Origin: Octopus bimaculoides | Taxonomy: Eukaryota | Direction of reading: 5' to 3' | Length of the DNA: 64,000 nt | Assembly: GCF_001194135.2 (NCBI RefSeq) | Contig: NC_068984.1 | Coordinates: 120,889,550-120,953,549 of the forward strand | Part shown: positions 1-12,227 of the stretch, one piece after another | Layout: each line of letters begins with the position of its first letter | How positions within the stretch are numbered: position 1 is the first letter of the stretch | The notes under the pieces: model-generated | Seen by the model: the letters and a program-made list of their open reading frames with translations, nothing else | Databases searched by the model: none | What the model was told of the DNA's origin: nothing | Position numbers and translations under genes: made by a program

Positions 1-1288
1 AAAGGGTGAATTGGCAAGGTAGATAGATGGTGAATTGACAGTATAGATGGCATATCGTCACGACAAATGGTGAATTAGCAGGGTAGGTTGTGAATTGGCA
101 GGATAGGTGATGAATCAGCAATGCCATTAAAGCCCATTATTTATTCCGACATTACATGACCTACTAGATATAACAACAAAATCTTCCTCAAATCACTTCT
201 TAAATTCTTATATCCAAGAAAGGATACGTTAAAGTTCCTTGAATCCTCAAACATTTTACTTTTCATCTTTTAGAACAGATTTCTTGTTTTCTATTACGAT
301 TTTCATTTCTTTTGTCACTTTTTTCCGACTCTTTCAGGCAGTCTGCCATACCTTCATATCTTCTAGATCTTCCTCATCATAGCAAGATTATAGCGTGGCA
401 TTGTTTCTTATGACTGAGTGGGGTATCCTCGTATTCATGGTCGGATTCCTGATCCACACTTGGGACCTAAAACGAGGCGATCTCTGCCACTGTTTCTAGG
501 GTTACATTTGGTGATGCCCTACTGTTACTGATGCTCTTTGTACTGTTCTTTTCCTTTCAGTTACTCCAGTTCTTCTATTTCCTCTAGGCGGAACGCTCTT
601 ACTTCCACTGTAGTAATTAGGTTTTTTACCCTGCATTACAAGCGTTAAAGCCTCTCACTCCATATCCACTGTGGGGAAAGACTCTGGATGGAAACTTCTT
701 GTGATTAGGACTTTTATGTCTAGAAATTCACGTGATCACATATCGTTAGAGTTCAAGTCAGAATTTAGCACTCTCCCGTATTGTACCAGAAATTAGCATC
801 TGCTTAGGGATCAACATCATTTCTGTTGAGGTCCCCGTAGATCATTGTATTATACGTTCTATATATTAGGAGGCCAGTCTCTGAATAAGTGACAATGAAC
901 TATACAACTTACCCCTCACTTCCTTCTCAGTTTACGTACGTGACATATATAAAAGTACGGTATGGAATATACCCAAAGATTTTAGCCTTAACTGCGTTCG
1001 TAAATTAAATAAATTGATTAAATTTACTAGATACACGAGACAGTAGTAAATAGCTGTCATCTTTATTCTAAAACTTTACCGTGGACTGTAAAAGTGGGTC
1101 GCCTGATCGACACTATATCTTGTTCATTAACTGTCATCAGCACAGTTAATAAACAAGCCACTTACGAAATTGTATTTAAAGCTGCTCTTCTAATGCTTGT
1201 CGCTCAATCAGATACTCATTTGACTATTAGGTACATTTTTGTGACATATAGTTCAGTAAAACTTGCACCGCTCGATATAGATCTAACT

Positions 1289-1455
1289 CATTAGCGTAGC
1301 TAGAGTGTGTGCTGCCCGGCGCGGCCCTTCCGTTTGCTGCCCCCGGACCCCACGAAAAACATATATATTGCCTACAGTAGACCCAAAAGTGCCACTCCTG
1401 TAAAAGTGCCACTCCTTTAAAAGTGCCGCCCGCCTCACCCCTAGCTACGCTAGAG
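1289..1455. mobile_element. 167-bp hAT-type MITE with 8-bp TSD
   Basis: TIRs cattagcgtagctag / ctagctacgctagag. Identical TSD ATCTAACT at 1281-1288 and 1456-1463. Internal 17-bp repeats aaaagtgccactcct(g/t)t at 1385-1431. Confidence 0.8.
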
Positions 1456-2768
1456 ATCTAACTCCATAAATACTGGTGCTACCGTCATCTATTCTTTCGA
1501 GAGCATAAGAAAATCACCTACTGCTTTAGAGTGTACTAATACGTCACTTTTCTCCTCGTTCTTGTTTTTTACCCTGCCTTGCCAAATAGTTGTTGTTTCA
1601 GCTAGAAGATGCATATCTAGGGTTCACCTTTTCTAGGTACCGGTGACAAGGAACGAGTCTATATTTCCACATGAGTTACAGATATTAAAATTTTTAGAAT
1701 TATTTTTGTTGGGCAAAATTTGTGTTTTGATGTAAAATATTCTCGATTGTTTTCCATGTTTTTTTTTTTCGTCTTGTGAGTTTAGACTTCGTAGTTTTAC
1801 GTTCCCCTTCAATATTTTGTGTATTAAGTGGGTGTTCGGCATACGCTTGTATGTAGACGAAGAATATGTATGTATATATAATTTTTAAAAATAATAATAA
1901 ACTCAGACAGATGTTTTTTTGCTGGCGTCCTGTATGGGCAAACGTTGAGAATGCTCAAAATATTTCTTGTACAAAAATAAATTTTAAAAATTATTATTCC
2001 ACGTCGTTTCACTTGTTAAAAGACAGAAACTAAAAGAGTATTATTAAAAAAATTAACTAAACAGGTCCGCAGCCAATAACAAGAAGAACAGCACGAGAAG
2101 TAAACCTAAGTGGCATATAAAATTCTCTCGTACATTTTAATTTACCTTCTACAGATGGAACGTGACAAGGCAAGATAATATATACTCATTCTTCATTTAT
2201 GCATCGTTTCAACCGAAGTGTGTTATTGGTGAATTCTTCCCTGGTTCTGAATTGGTATTAAATTAACTGTGAAGTTCAAGAATAGCCCTTTCTTTTATTT
2301 CAATCAAGAATGCATGTTACCTTTCGTAACACGAGGAGTTTTGCTTTTGAATTAACCTCTTGTTCCAGCAGTAACAAGGCCAAGTTACAGCCTTAATTCT
2401 CATTACAGTGGCCAACGTTCAGGCTACAGTGGCAACCCCTTGTTATACAAGCATCACCACCATTGCTACCATGATTCCCATACCATCACCAATACCACCA
2501 TCTCTCCCATCACCACTCCTCCTGCTTTTTAGCAAGTTTCAGTAAATAGAAAAAATTACACATAAACTATATGTAAAGTAACATGTATCTGTGTGGAATT
2601 AAATTGTTTTGGCATATTTCAGCACATGCCAAATGAATGATATCGTTATATTTGATCATTTTGAATTTGGGTATATTTGAAAAAGTAAGGAAACGTCATT
2701 CCCATGTGTTCTCACAGCTCCAGACTTTTGTGTTTGAGTGTGTGTGTATCCTTCCCTAACTTCCCTCC

Positions 2769-2769
2769 C

Positions 2770-2857
<88 letters not shown>
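2769..2857. repeat. Compound (TCTA)n(TCTG)n microsatellite
   Basis: Direct reading. Confidence 0.95.
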
Positions 2858-2858
<1 letters not shown>

Positions 2859-3483
2859 GCACACTCATGTAAGTTCTACCAGTTATTAATGATAAATACA
2901 TATAACAGAGGGACTCTTTAAAAAAGAGAGATTATGACTGATAAAATAATGAAATCAATATTTACTAAGCAAGTGAACACTATTATACAAAGAAATAATT
3001 AGACGTAAAATATCATAAAAATTATTAGAATAAAATGTGGAAATATTATCAAGCAGCCAGCAGAAAACCGACCGGAGGGCGGTCTTTCTGCTAGTTCTAA
3101 TAAAAAATAATTACATTGAATAATGTAGTTATAGATCATTCATATCTGGAAAAAAGAGGGAATGAATCGTCGACGTTGGTGCACCGTTGATTGTACTGAT
3201 GCTAACATAGAGGTAGCCTAGGGTTAAACATCGCAACTAATCCCTCCGGCCATCGACCTCGTCATCATTATCACCATCATCACCATCATCATCATTCCCT
3301 TATCTTCATCATATTGTATTAAGAGCAGGTCAGTATTAACAGACGCAGCCAATATCCAATGGTTGAATGTTTCCGAAGAAAACCAACAAAGCTCATATTA
3401 TTTTGTTAGCTCTCGGCAAACACAGCATATATTGTTAACTTTTATGGCTGAACAAATCAACATTTCTAATACTTCATTGCATG

Positions 3484-3575
3484 CATACATACATACATAC
3501 ATACATACATACATACATACATACATACATACATACATACATACACACATACATACATACATACATACATACACA
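3484..3575. repeat. (CATA)n microsatellite
   Basis: Direct reading; similar tracts at 4465-4645 and 59435-59478. Confidence 0.95.
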
Positions 3576-3948
3576 TACTATTATTTACAGCATTATCTGC
3601 TNNNNNNNNNNNNNNNNNNNNNNNNNNNNNNNNNNNNNNNNNNNNNNNNNNNNNNNNNNNNNNNNNNNNNNNNNNNNNNNNNNNNNNNNNNNNNNNNNNN
3701 NNNNNNNNNNNNNNNNNNNNNNNNNNNNNNNNNNNNNNNNNNNNNNNNNNNNNNNNNNNNNNNNNNNNNNNNNNNNNNNNNNNNNNNNNNNNNNNNNNNN
3801 NNNNNNNNNNNNNNNNNNNNNNNNNNNNNNNNNNNNNNNNNNNNNNNNNNNNNNNNNNNNNNNNNNNNNNNNNNNNNNNNNNNNNNNNNNNNNNNNNNNN
3901 NNNNNNNNNNNNNNNNNNNNNNNNNNNNNNNNNNNNNNNNNNNNNNNN

Positions 3949-4018
<70 letters not shown>

Positions 4019-4614
4019 TACATACATACAAACACACACGGTGAGAGAGGGAACGGTGAAGGGGAGAAGAGAAGAATTACAGAAAGGGTGAGAGAGAAAA
4101 AACAGAAAGGAAGAAACACACACATACGTATATACTTACATACATATATCCACACACACACACATCTACGTATACACACATGATGTGTGGGTGTGTGAAC
4201 TGATCTGGAAAAAAATGTGTTTAATAAAGACTTAGTTTTATTGTATTTCTTCTTCGATTTCCGATAGTTTGACGTCTATCCCTTTTATTATGCATATACC
4301 AAACAGCTCTTCTCTTTGAAAAGAGTCTTTTGATTGAAAACGTTCAGACGAAAAATCCAATAAAACAATGTATCTTATTATTAAATGCAAAGGTTTGGCT
4401 CCAAATATTTTCAGATTTTCAAATTTTACTTCAATGCTTCAAAATTAACTTAAAAGGTATATATGTGTTCATACTTACATTCATACATACGAACATACAT
4501 ACATGCATGCATACATACATAATACATACATACATACATGCATACATACATACATACATAAATACATACATACATGCATACATACGTGTATGCGTGCGTG
4601 CATGCATACATACA

Positions 4615-4646
<32 letters not shown>

Positions 4647-5695
4647 GGCTAACATACCTCAAAGAAGACATATAATAAAACAGTAATATCGTCATGTAGT
4701 GCAGACTCAATATGAATTGAGATCGCTACATCACATCGTACTTCGAAGAATATACATTTGCAATCTAAGAATAGAAGAATGCTGCGAAATATCTACAGAG
4801 CAATAAAGAAAGTGCAGCCTTTGGAGCCCATGAAACAACCGAAAATATCATGTAATATTTCTATGGAAGACATCACGCATATGATTAGCAACTGCTCAAA
4901 AAGGCCCCCAAGGTACTACCTCCTTAAGTGACATACAGTTGTCATATATATATATATATATATATNNNNNNNNNNNNNNNNNNNNNNNNNNNNNNNNNNN
5001 NNNNNNNNNNNNNNNNNNNNNNNNNNNNNNNNNNNNNNNNNNNNNNNNNNNNNNNNNNNNNNNNNNNNNNNNNNNNNNNNNNNNNNNNNNNNNNNNNNNN
5101 NNNNNNNNNNNNNNNNNNNNNNNNNNNNNNNNNNNNNNNNNNNNNNNNNNNNNNNNNNNNNNNNNNNNNNNNNNNNNNNNNNNNNNNNNNNNNNNNNNNN
5201 NNNNNNNNNNNNNNNNNNNNNNNNNNNNNNNNNNNNNNNNNNNNNNNNNNNNNNNNNNNNNNNNNNNNNNNNNNNNNNNNNNNNNNNNNNNNNNNNNNNN
5301 NNNNNNNNNNNNNNNNNNNNNNNNNNNNNNNNNNNNNNNNNNNNNNNNNNNNNNNNNNNNNNNNNNNNNNNNNNNNNNNNNNNNNNNNNNNNNNNNNNNN
5401 NNNNNNNNNNNNNNNNNNNNNNNNNNNNNNNNNNNNNNNNNNNNNNNNNNNNNNTAGTTAGGGTTACTTCCAAGTTACTTCCTGATTACTATCTGAATAT
5501 AAACGCGTCATCCAAATGTAAAATTTGTATTATTCTTGTCTCTCTCTGAAGGATTTCTAATAGCAAATTCCTTACATGTCTCTCTCACATATAAAACTTT
5601 GTAATTCCTAGTAGCAAATGAAATAGGTGTGATGGTGACTAAATGATAGCGAAATAATTTCCAATTTCCTGTTTTGTAGTATGTGCATGTATATG

Positions 5696-5742
<47 letters not shown>

Positions 5743-5827
5743 ATATGGGCGGATGTGAGTGTAACATATGAATATATGATATTGGTTTTTATGAATAAAT
5801 AACTCTTTTTTCTTTGATTGACTACAG

Positions 5828-6266
5828 GTTAGAGTTGGTGTTATTTCCTTCAGTACAGATGCACGAGTTCATTTTGAATTGAGTGAGTCAAATAACAAAG
5901 AGATATTGAAATCAAGATTAGACACAATTAAACAGATAAGAGGTAACACTAATATAAGCCAAGCGTTGTTAACCATGAAAGACGATTTGTTTAGCCCGGA
6001 GAATGGTGGCAGAAGAAATGTTAAAAAAATTGGTATAATGATGACTGATGGTACTTCGCAAAATGTGACTGCTACACAGATCGCAGCGGAAAAATGTCGA
6101 GAGGAGAATATTACGCTATTTGTTATTGGCATTGGACGGAAAGTCGACTACCACGAATTAGTACGAATTGCCAGCAAGCCAACTGAAAGATACTTAAAAC
6201 TGAGTTCCACCTACGCTGCCTTAGATGTTATAAAATCTGATGTCATTAACAACGTGATAGAAGAGG
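5828..6266 (+). CDS. Internal exon encoding the C-terminal ~146 aa of a VWA domain (matrilin/collagen-like extracellular protein)
   Basis: Acceptor tttctttgattgactacAG ends at 5827. Frame reads VRVGVISFSTDARVHFELSE...RGNTNISQAL...GGRRNVKKIGIMMTDGTSQ...ITLFVIGIG...ELVRIASKP, with VWA hallmarks (RVGVIxFS, GxTN, TDG MIDAS Asp, LFVIGIG, ELxxIAS). Phase-1 donor G|GTTAGT at 6267. The N-terminal DxSxS exon is not visible. Confidence 0.92.
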
Positions 6267-6320
6267 GTTAGTATAACTTGTTTTAATTCTTTCTGAAACA
6301 TCAATAATAATACTAATGGT

Positions 6321-6419
6321 TTCTACTATAGGCACAAATCCTGAAATTTTGAGTGAAGGGGGCTTAGTCAGTTACCTGAGTCCTTATTTTATCGATCCCG
6401 AAAGGATGAAAAGTAAAGC
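6321..6419 (-). mobile_element. SINE family A 3' fragment
   Basis: Contains ttttatcgatcccgaaaggatgaaaag and ctataggcacaaatcctgaaattt, the reverse complements of the family A central domain and tail. Confidence 0.7.
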
Positions 6420-6864
6420 AATGATAGTTCCGGATTGTGTGTCCAGAAAATAATCTATTGAACACCCTGTTATTATTGATATTTCACATCCCCTATATCA
6501 TTAAAGTGTTTCAAAAGTACGTGAACGTTACAAAATCATATCAAATGATATCCGCTTGCAGATATCAGAGGCAATTTTATTCTTATTAGCTGAATGAGGT
6601 GGTCGAGTCCAAATCTTAAATTACATATTTCTACCTATAACAACAACAATTTAAATATAGGAAAAAAATAATAGAATACAAAGCAGCAACCATAGGAATT
6701 ATGTTTTCAAATAATGAAATTATTCTTTCAAATAACTACCTGAATAACATTAGATTTATTTCCAAATACCAGTGGAGAGCAACGCCACTTAACATTCTCT
6801 CATTTCTACTCATATATTTTTGCTTATACAATGTATTGACGATTTATTTTCTCTCTTTGAATAG

Positions 6865-6918
6865 AATGGAATTTACCATTTGCCATGGGATTGAACGAAA
6901 AGCCTACAGAAGTTCGAT
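6865..6918 (+). CDS. Probable next exon of the VWA gene (phase 1-1, 54 nt; EWNLPFAMGLNEKPTEVR)
   Basis: Acceptor ttttctctctttgaatAG, canonical GTAAGT donor at 6919, and an open frame exactly in the phase left by the VWA exon (G+AA=Glu). Confidence 0.65.
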
Positions 6919-6969
6919 GTAAGTAAAACAGTAACATTTATTAGCAAATAACATTATCAAAATAGTTTG

Positions 6970-7005
<36 letters not shown>

Positions 7006-7366
7006 AAAAAAAACAATAACAAAAAACAAAAAAACAACAAAGTGAGGACGTGATATGGATAGTATTATTGGACGCTCAGGAAAGGAAAGAGATATATATA
7101 TATATATATAGCAATAAGAAAATGGAGGAGAATATGCGGTATCCATCGACTTGCAGACAGTGTATTCCATTGAATTAATTTGTTTATTTTGCAACTAAAA
7201 TGACAAAAACCACAATATACAGATGCTTATGACATACCATGGCATATTAACAATTTAGGTTACAAATATAAAATTTTACCCGCACCCACGTNNNNNNNNN
7301 NNNNNNNNNNNNNNNNNNNNNNNNNNNNNNNNNNNNNNNTATATATATATATATATATATATATAA

Positions 7367-7430
<64 letters not shown>

Positions 7431-7874
7431 GTATGTATGTATGTATGTATGTATATATATATATTTGTATATCAAGTAAGTTTTATTTTGATAATTCTGA
7501 TGCGCACTCTATACGATCTTTTTATTATTTCGTTTTTCTCTCTCTTATTCTTTTACCTCCTCTTCTCCCACTATTCTATCGCATTACTCTGTCACTCTTT
7601 CTCCCTCACTCTTGCTCATGTGGTTCCCACGTGAACATCGGTCATCTTTCTTTCTTTATCTCCGTTGTAGCTGGAACAAGGAAGACGTGCTCTTGTTTGT
7701 CTCCTGTCCTAGCATGATTTACGCGTTCACCACCACAACCTCGTTTAGGCTTAGCAGTCCTTCCTGTTTATTTTCACTCTTCTGTTTGTGTTACCTATAT
7801 TGACCCTTCGCAAAATCCCAAATTTTATTTAATTTGCTTTGCGGGAGCAACTGGTTTATGGAAAACGTATATTG

Positions 7875-8830
7875 TTGTTAAATGCTCGAAATACGAGACC
7901 AGCTACGCCGATGACAGAAAAGTATCCTACTAACATTCTAAGACTCCAGAATGACCTGAACGCAAGTGGGCAGATGAGAATAATATGCAGTTCAATGCCG
8001 CAAAATTTCACGTACTCCGCTCTCAGCCCACAGACAAATTACAACTGAAGTACACGGGACCAGCTGGCAACGTAATCCCAGAGTTATATTCAGTGCCCGA
8101 CCTGGGAATCCATATAAGCAATGGTGCAACTTTCTATGTGCACATTGCTGAGATAGCAACTGTATGCAGTCGGGTAGCAAGTTGGATCCGGAGATCCTTC
8201 ACGACCAGGAACAAAGACACAATGCTTCTGCTTTGGAGAACCTTTGTCCTCAGTCGTCTGGACGACTGCTCCCAACTGTGGTCACCACAGAGCGTAAAAC
8301 TAATTGCAGAACTAGAAACGATCCAACGCCATTGCACAAAGAAGATAGACATGAGCTACTGGGAGAGGTTAAAGGAGCTGGGACTCTCCTCCCTGGAGAG
8401 GAGATGTGAGATATACGCAGTTTTATGTATATGGAAAATTATGGAGGGTCTAGCTCCACATTTCGAAATCGAAAGCTACAACAATCCCCGAACTGGACAG
8501 CACTGCACCGTGCCAAAGGTCCCATCTTCTCCATCGAGGATATGAACACAATATTGTAATAGGTTGAGATTCAAGGGACCACAATTTTTAATGCCCTACA
8601 ACAGAACATCAGGGATCTGCGAGATGTAGACATGGAAGTCTTCAAAAAACTTCTAGACAGCTTTTTATCTGCAATGCCGGATGAACCCATATCTCAACAG
8701 GACGCACAAAGAAGATCGGCAACGTCCAACTCGCTACTTCACCAGAGGCAATACTGGGAAAATCCCCGGATGCAGTAAAGGCGGTTCACCAACATGTTCT
8801 CAGTCTCTGGCTGAAACCAGTAAAAGATAA
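7875..8830 (+). pseudogene. 5'-truncated CR1/L2-group LINE (reverse transcriptase C-terminal half plus 3' UTR), disrupted
   Basis: YADD codons at 7904-7915. ORF 7985-8545 has MQFN-K, DLGI, SQLWSP, LETIQRxxTKKI and SYWERLKELGLSSLERR. After a stop and frameshift it continues FNAL...FKKLLDSFL..PDEP..SNSLLHQ to TAA 8776-8778, then a ~50-nt tail and (TG)n. Confidence 0.9.
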
Positions 8831-9628
8831 TGTGTGTGTGTCTGTGTGTGTACACACACACACACACATTTTTTCTGTTGTACCTGAAAACCTAACGATT
8901 AAAATAAACTTTTCTTATCTGAAAGGCATGTAAATTAGGGAAACAATGAAAAGTTTTGTCTCGGAGACGTAAGATAAGTCATAGTGTGTAGGAAGTTAGA
9001 TAGAAATAAATACATTTTTTAAAGTGAAGATTTGATTCTTTATTTTAAATGACGCGATAGTTTAGACAACCAGGAACAAGAAGTTCACGAAGATATAATT
9101 AAAGGAACAGAGAATTTTAGGGAGGTGTACTTACTAGGCACGTATTTTGATCTGAGACCGTTGAAACTAATACGACTGCAGCGTTGATGGCATCTGTTAG
9201 CCATTCAAAAATACACAAAAATTGTGATCTTCATATAAACATTTACAGTTTGTTATATGGCGTCTACATTTTCGTCGTTCGAAACTGACAACATTAACGT
9301 TGTCAGTGACCAGGTCGCAGTTTCGAACGACACAAATTTTGACGCAATATTCCAATCAATAAATACTTGAGGGAACTTAATAGTTATATGAATTAAGTGA
9401 AGTAAATGAACCGGTTCATTTAATTTCATGGACATGGTTTTAGAACTTAAATAGCGATTGTAATTACAGTGTTCATATCACACCTAATTGGAGTTATACG
9501 GTATAGCCGAAATAGTAAGAAAGATAACATTATCATCAGATGTAACAGCTATCGGATGTTTTAATTACGGTGGTATTCGAGGATCTTTAACACACACACA
9601 CACACACGTATAAAATATATACACATAA

Positions 9629-9669
<41 letters not shown>

Positions 9670-9826
9670 TNNNNNNNNNNNNNNNNNNNNNNNNNNNNNN
9701 NNNNNNNNNNNNNNNNNNNNNNNNNNNNNNNNNNNNNNNNNNNNNNNNNNNNNNNNNNNNNNNNNNNNNNNNNNNNNNNNNNNNNNNNNNNNNNNNNNNN
9801 NNNNNNNNNNNNNNNNNNNNTATATA

Positions 9827-9975
9827 CTAGAAGCGGCACCCGGCGTTGCCCGGGAATTAATTTTTTCCTTATATACTGGAAGAAAAAAGCAAAATATGTT
9901 GTATAGAAATTTGTTATTCTAAATTCAATTTATTCTTTAATTGGGAAATGAATTCTGAATTCGTAATACAAAATA

Positions 9976-10016
<41 letters not shown>

Positions 10017-10450
10017 AATAATAAGTAAACCACAGCACATACCCAAGGCACACAGAGCTGCGCTCGGTAGTGAAGTGAAAACACGTTATAAAAATAAAAC
10101 TACTGAATAATCATAATAATAAACCGAAATACAAAATATACCACTTTTATGAAAGAGATAAATTCTACCACATATGTTGAAAGAAAAGAGCTTCTGGGTA
10201 AACAACATTCTTTGTCTTCTGGTTTGGAGCATAGATAAATAAGTCTTGCAAATTACCTACCCTGGAGCAACCAACATAAACCAGTGGATATATAAAATTT
10301 GGTACAAAATCACAAAAATGTTGGAGATGAGTATGATTTATTGAATCAAGAAGTATATTGATCGGTGTATATGTTATCGTGACAGGAAGGGTGAAAGGTA
10401 AACCGACTGGCTGGAGATCCAAATCAGATTCTAAATTAATGAAACTACAT
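9827..10450 (-). mobile_element. Helitron 3' end with helicase C-terminal remnant
   Basis: ORF 10165-10467 contains LVYVGCSRVG..LFIYAPNQKTKNVVYPEAL (Pif1-type RepHel helicase C-terminus). Terminal hairpin cccgggcaacgccggg (9839-9854) lies 8 nt before the CTAG|T terminus at 9827-9830. Confidence 0.88.
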
Positions 10451-10536
10451 ATTTTTAATTTATTCACAATTCTGTATTTCTGAGATGATGAATTTTATAT
10501 CATGTATTAGACAATGGTGGCCTGATATTGGTTGCT

Positions 10537-10583
10537 GCATTTACTACGTTTCGGCTGTGTATGTTCCAGTCTTCTTCAAGTGC
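10537..10583 (-). ncRNA. Decayed minimal type-I hammerhead ribozyme motif (Penelope-like)
   Basis: Minus strand reads gcac-TTGAAGA-a-gactg-gaacataca-cagcc-GAAAC-gta-GTA-aatgc. The core has a C3>U change or loss, and stems I and II each contain a mismatch. Confidence 0.5.
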
Positions 10584-10760
10584 CTTGTGATTTAATTTAG
10601 TGCCCTACTTGGGATTGAACTCAGAACTTCTAGATCATTGCACTGCATTAACTAGCGCCTCTATGAGGAAAATATTAGTTGTTGATCGGAGATGCTCCCG
10701 GATACGTTCAAAGGCGAATTATAATTAGATACACAGAATAAGTGTGTGTATGTGCGTGTA

Positions 10761-10781
10761 TGAGAGAGAGAAAGAGAGAAA

Positions 10782-10833
<52 letters not shown>
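10761..10833. repeat. (AG)n microsatellite
   Basis: Direct reading. Confidence 0.9.
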
Positions 10834-10839
<6 letters not shown>

Positions 10840-11199
10840 TAATTAGATTGTGAGAGAAACTGATTAAGTAATTTAGTTATTGATGGAAAGATTTGAGGTG
10901 TAAGATAAGTTAGTAGCATAGGCGAGGAGGCGATTCTAGGCAGAAGAATGGGAGGCTAGAGAAAGACCGTGATTATGGAGTAGATATGAAATAAGTTCAA
11001 GGCAACTATATAGGTTAACGAGAAGGTATTTGTGTCCTGAGAAAAGAGTAGGATTACGAAAAACATTAGAAGTTTTATACATAACAATATCGGTATATTA
11101 ATGATAGTGACCAAACAAAATTACTAAATTGTAACTCAAGTGATTAAGCAAAAACTTAAGTAAATAAAAAGTGAATAATAATAAATAAGTACATAGTTA

Positions 11200-11870
11200 A
11201 GACTGGAATGTTAAGGTGACTAGCGTATGGTTAAAGAAAATATATAAGTAAAGAAATAGAAGGTTGTTTGGTTGGATTAACTGTAAGGTGTCGAGTCATT
11301 TTGCGTAATTAAGTAAACATTACTGTTGGGGTATTCACAGCCTAAATAAAAGCAGCGAATGAAGTTCTTGTTATTTTCGGATTAAACTGCTAGGTTTGTA
11401 TAATAGCAAGATTTTGAGGCTTTGTGGTAGCGCAAGGAAATCTTGTCATTACGTTTATTTGTAGATTATTCTTAGTGGATAAGATGGATAAAGTTTCTCG
11501 TAAATCATAAGGTCTCTTGTTTACGGTCTTCGAGATAACAGTTTGAGGTATGACGTTTGCTACTTTCATGCTTACATTGAAATTTATATGTTACATTAGT
11601 TGTGTGATATACGTTTTGTGATTTGTCAGCTTGTTGTCTTTAGTTAAGAAGGAAATCTTTCAATGTTGTGCTATTGTATTGTATCCTAGCATTGAGCTTG
11701 TGGTTAAGAATGATACACATTATACTCTGCTTCGTGTCGTTTTTGAAATTACATCGGAGACACAAGTACAATCCTTTCTCATGGTTTACTATGAGTTAGC
11801 AACAAGTAGCAATAGTTGCTCATTACAATACATTAGCCAAAATAAAGTTGTTGGGGAAAATATTAGTTGA
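11200..11870 (-). mobile_element. Possible highly decayed Penelope-like ORF remnant upstream of the hammerhead
   Basis: Only fragmentary minus-strand peptides (TNVTYKFQC; CEYPNSNVY; MTRHLT) loosely recall the GIY-YIG region. Orientation fits the hammerhead at 10537-10583. Confidence 0.25.
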
Positions 11871-11935
11871 CAGCATCAAGCTTGAACATAAACGTATTCT
11901 TAATATTTATGATACTAGAAACGAAAGGTGTCCAT

Positions 11936-11982
<47 letters not shown>

Positions 11983-12227
11983 TATACGTTTGTGACAGAC
12001 TTGTAGCCAACAACACCTGTGCACATGATATATTGTGTAGAAACATGAGTGGAGAGTAAAAATGTAATTAGAAATAGGGCTTGGAGTAGAATAACTATAT
12101 TTTTTATTTATTTATTTATTTATGGGTTTCAGCCAAGTGGCTGCGGTCATGCTGGAGCACAACTTTTTTAAAATGGCATGAAAACCTGAATTCAACAAGA
12201 ATACGTTCAATTGAAATATATGAATGT

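Noticed and set aside
120-900. Possible decayed LINE sequence on the minus strand
   Set aside because: Multiple stops in all frames and no diagnostic motif.
1637-1735. NESIFPHELQILKFLELF as the missing VWA N-terminal exon
   Set aside because: No DxSxS motif and no donor site; the frame ends in a stop.
3363-4179. Long ORFs rich in HT/YI/CV/X, also at 30306-31353, 32066-32650, 46146-46947, 48542-49769 and 58326-58868
   Set aside because: Artefacts of microsatellites and N gaps, which contain no stop codons.
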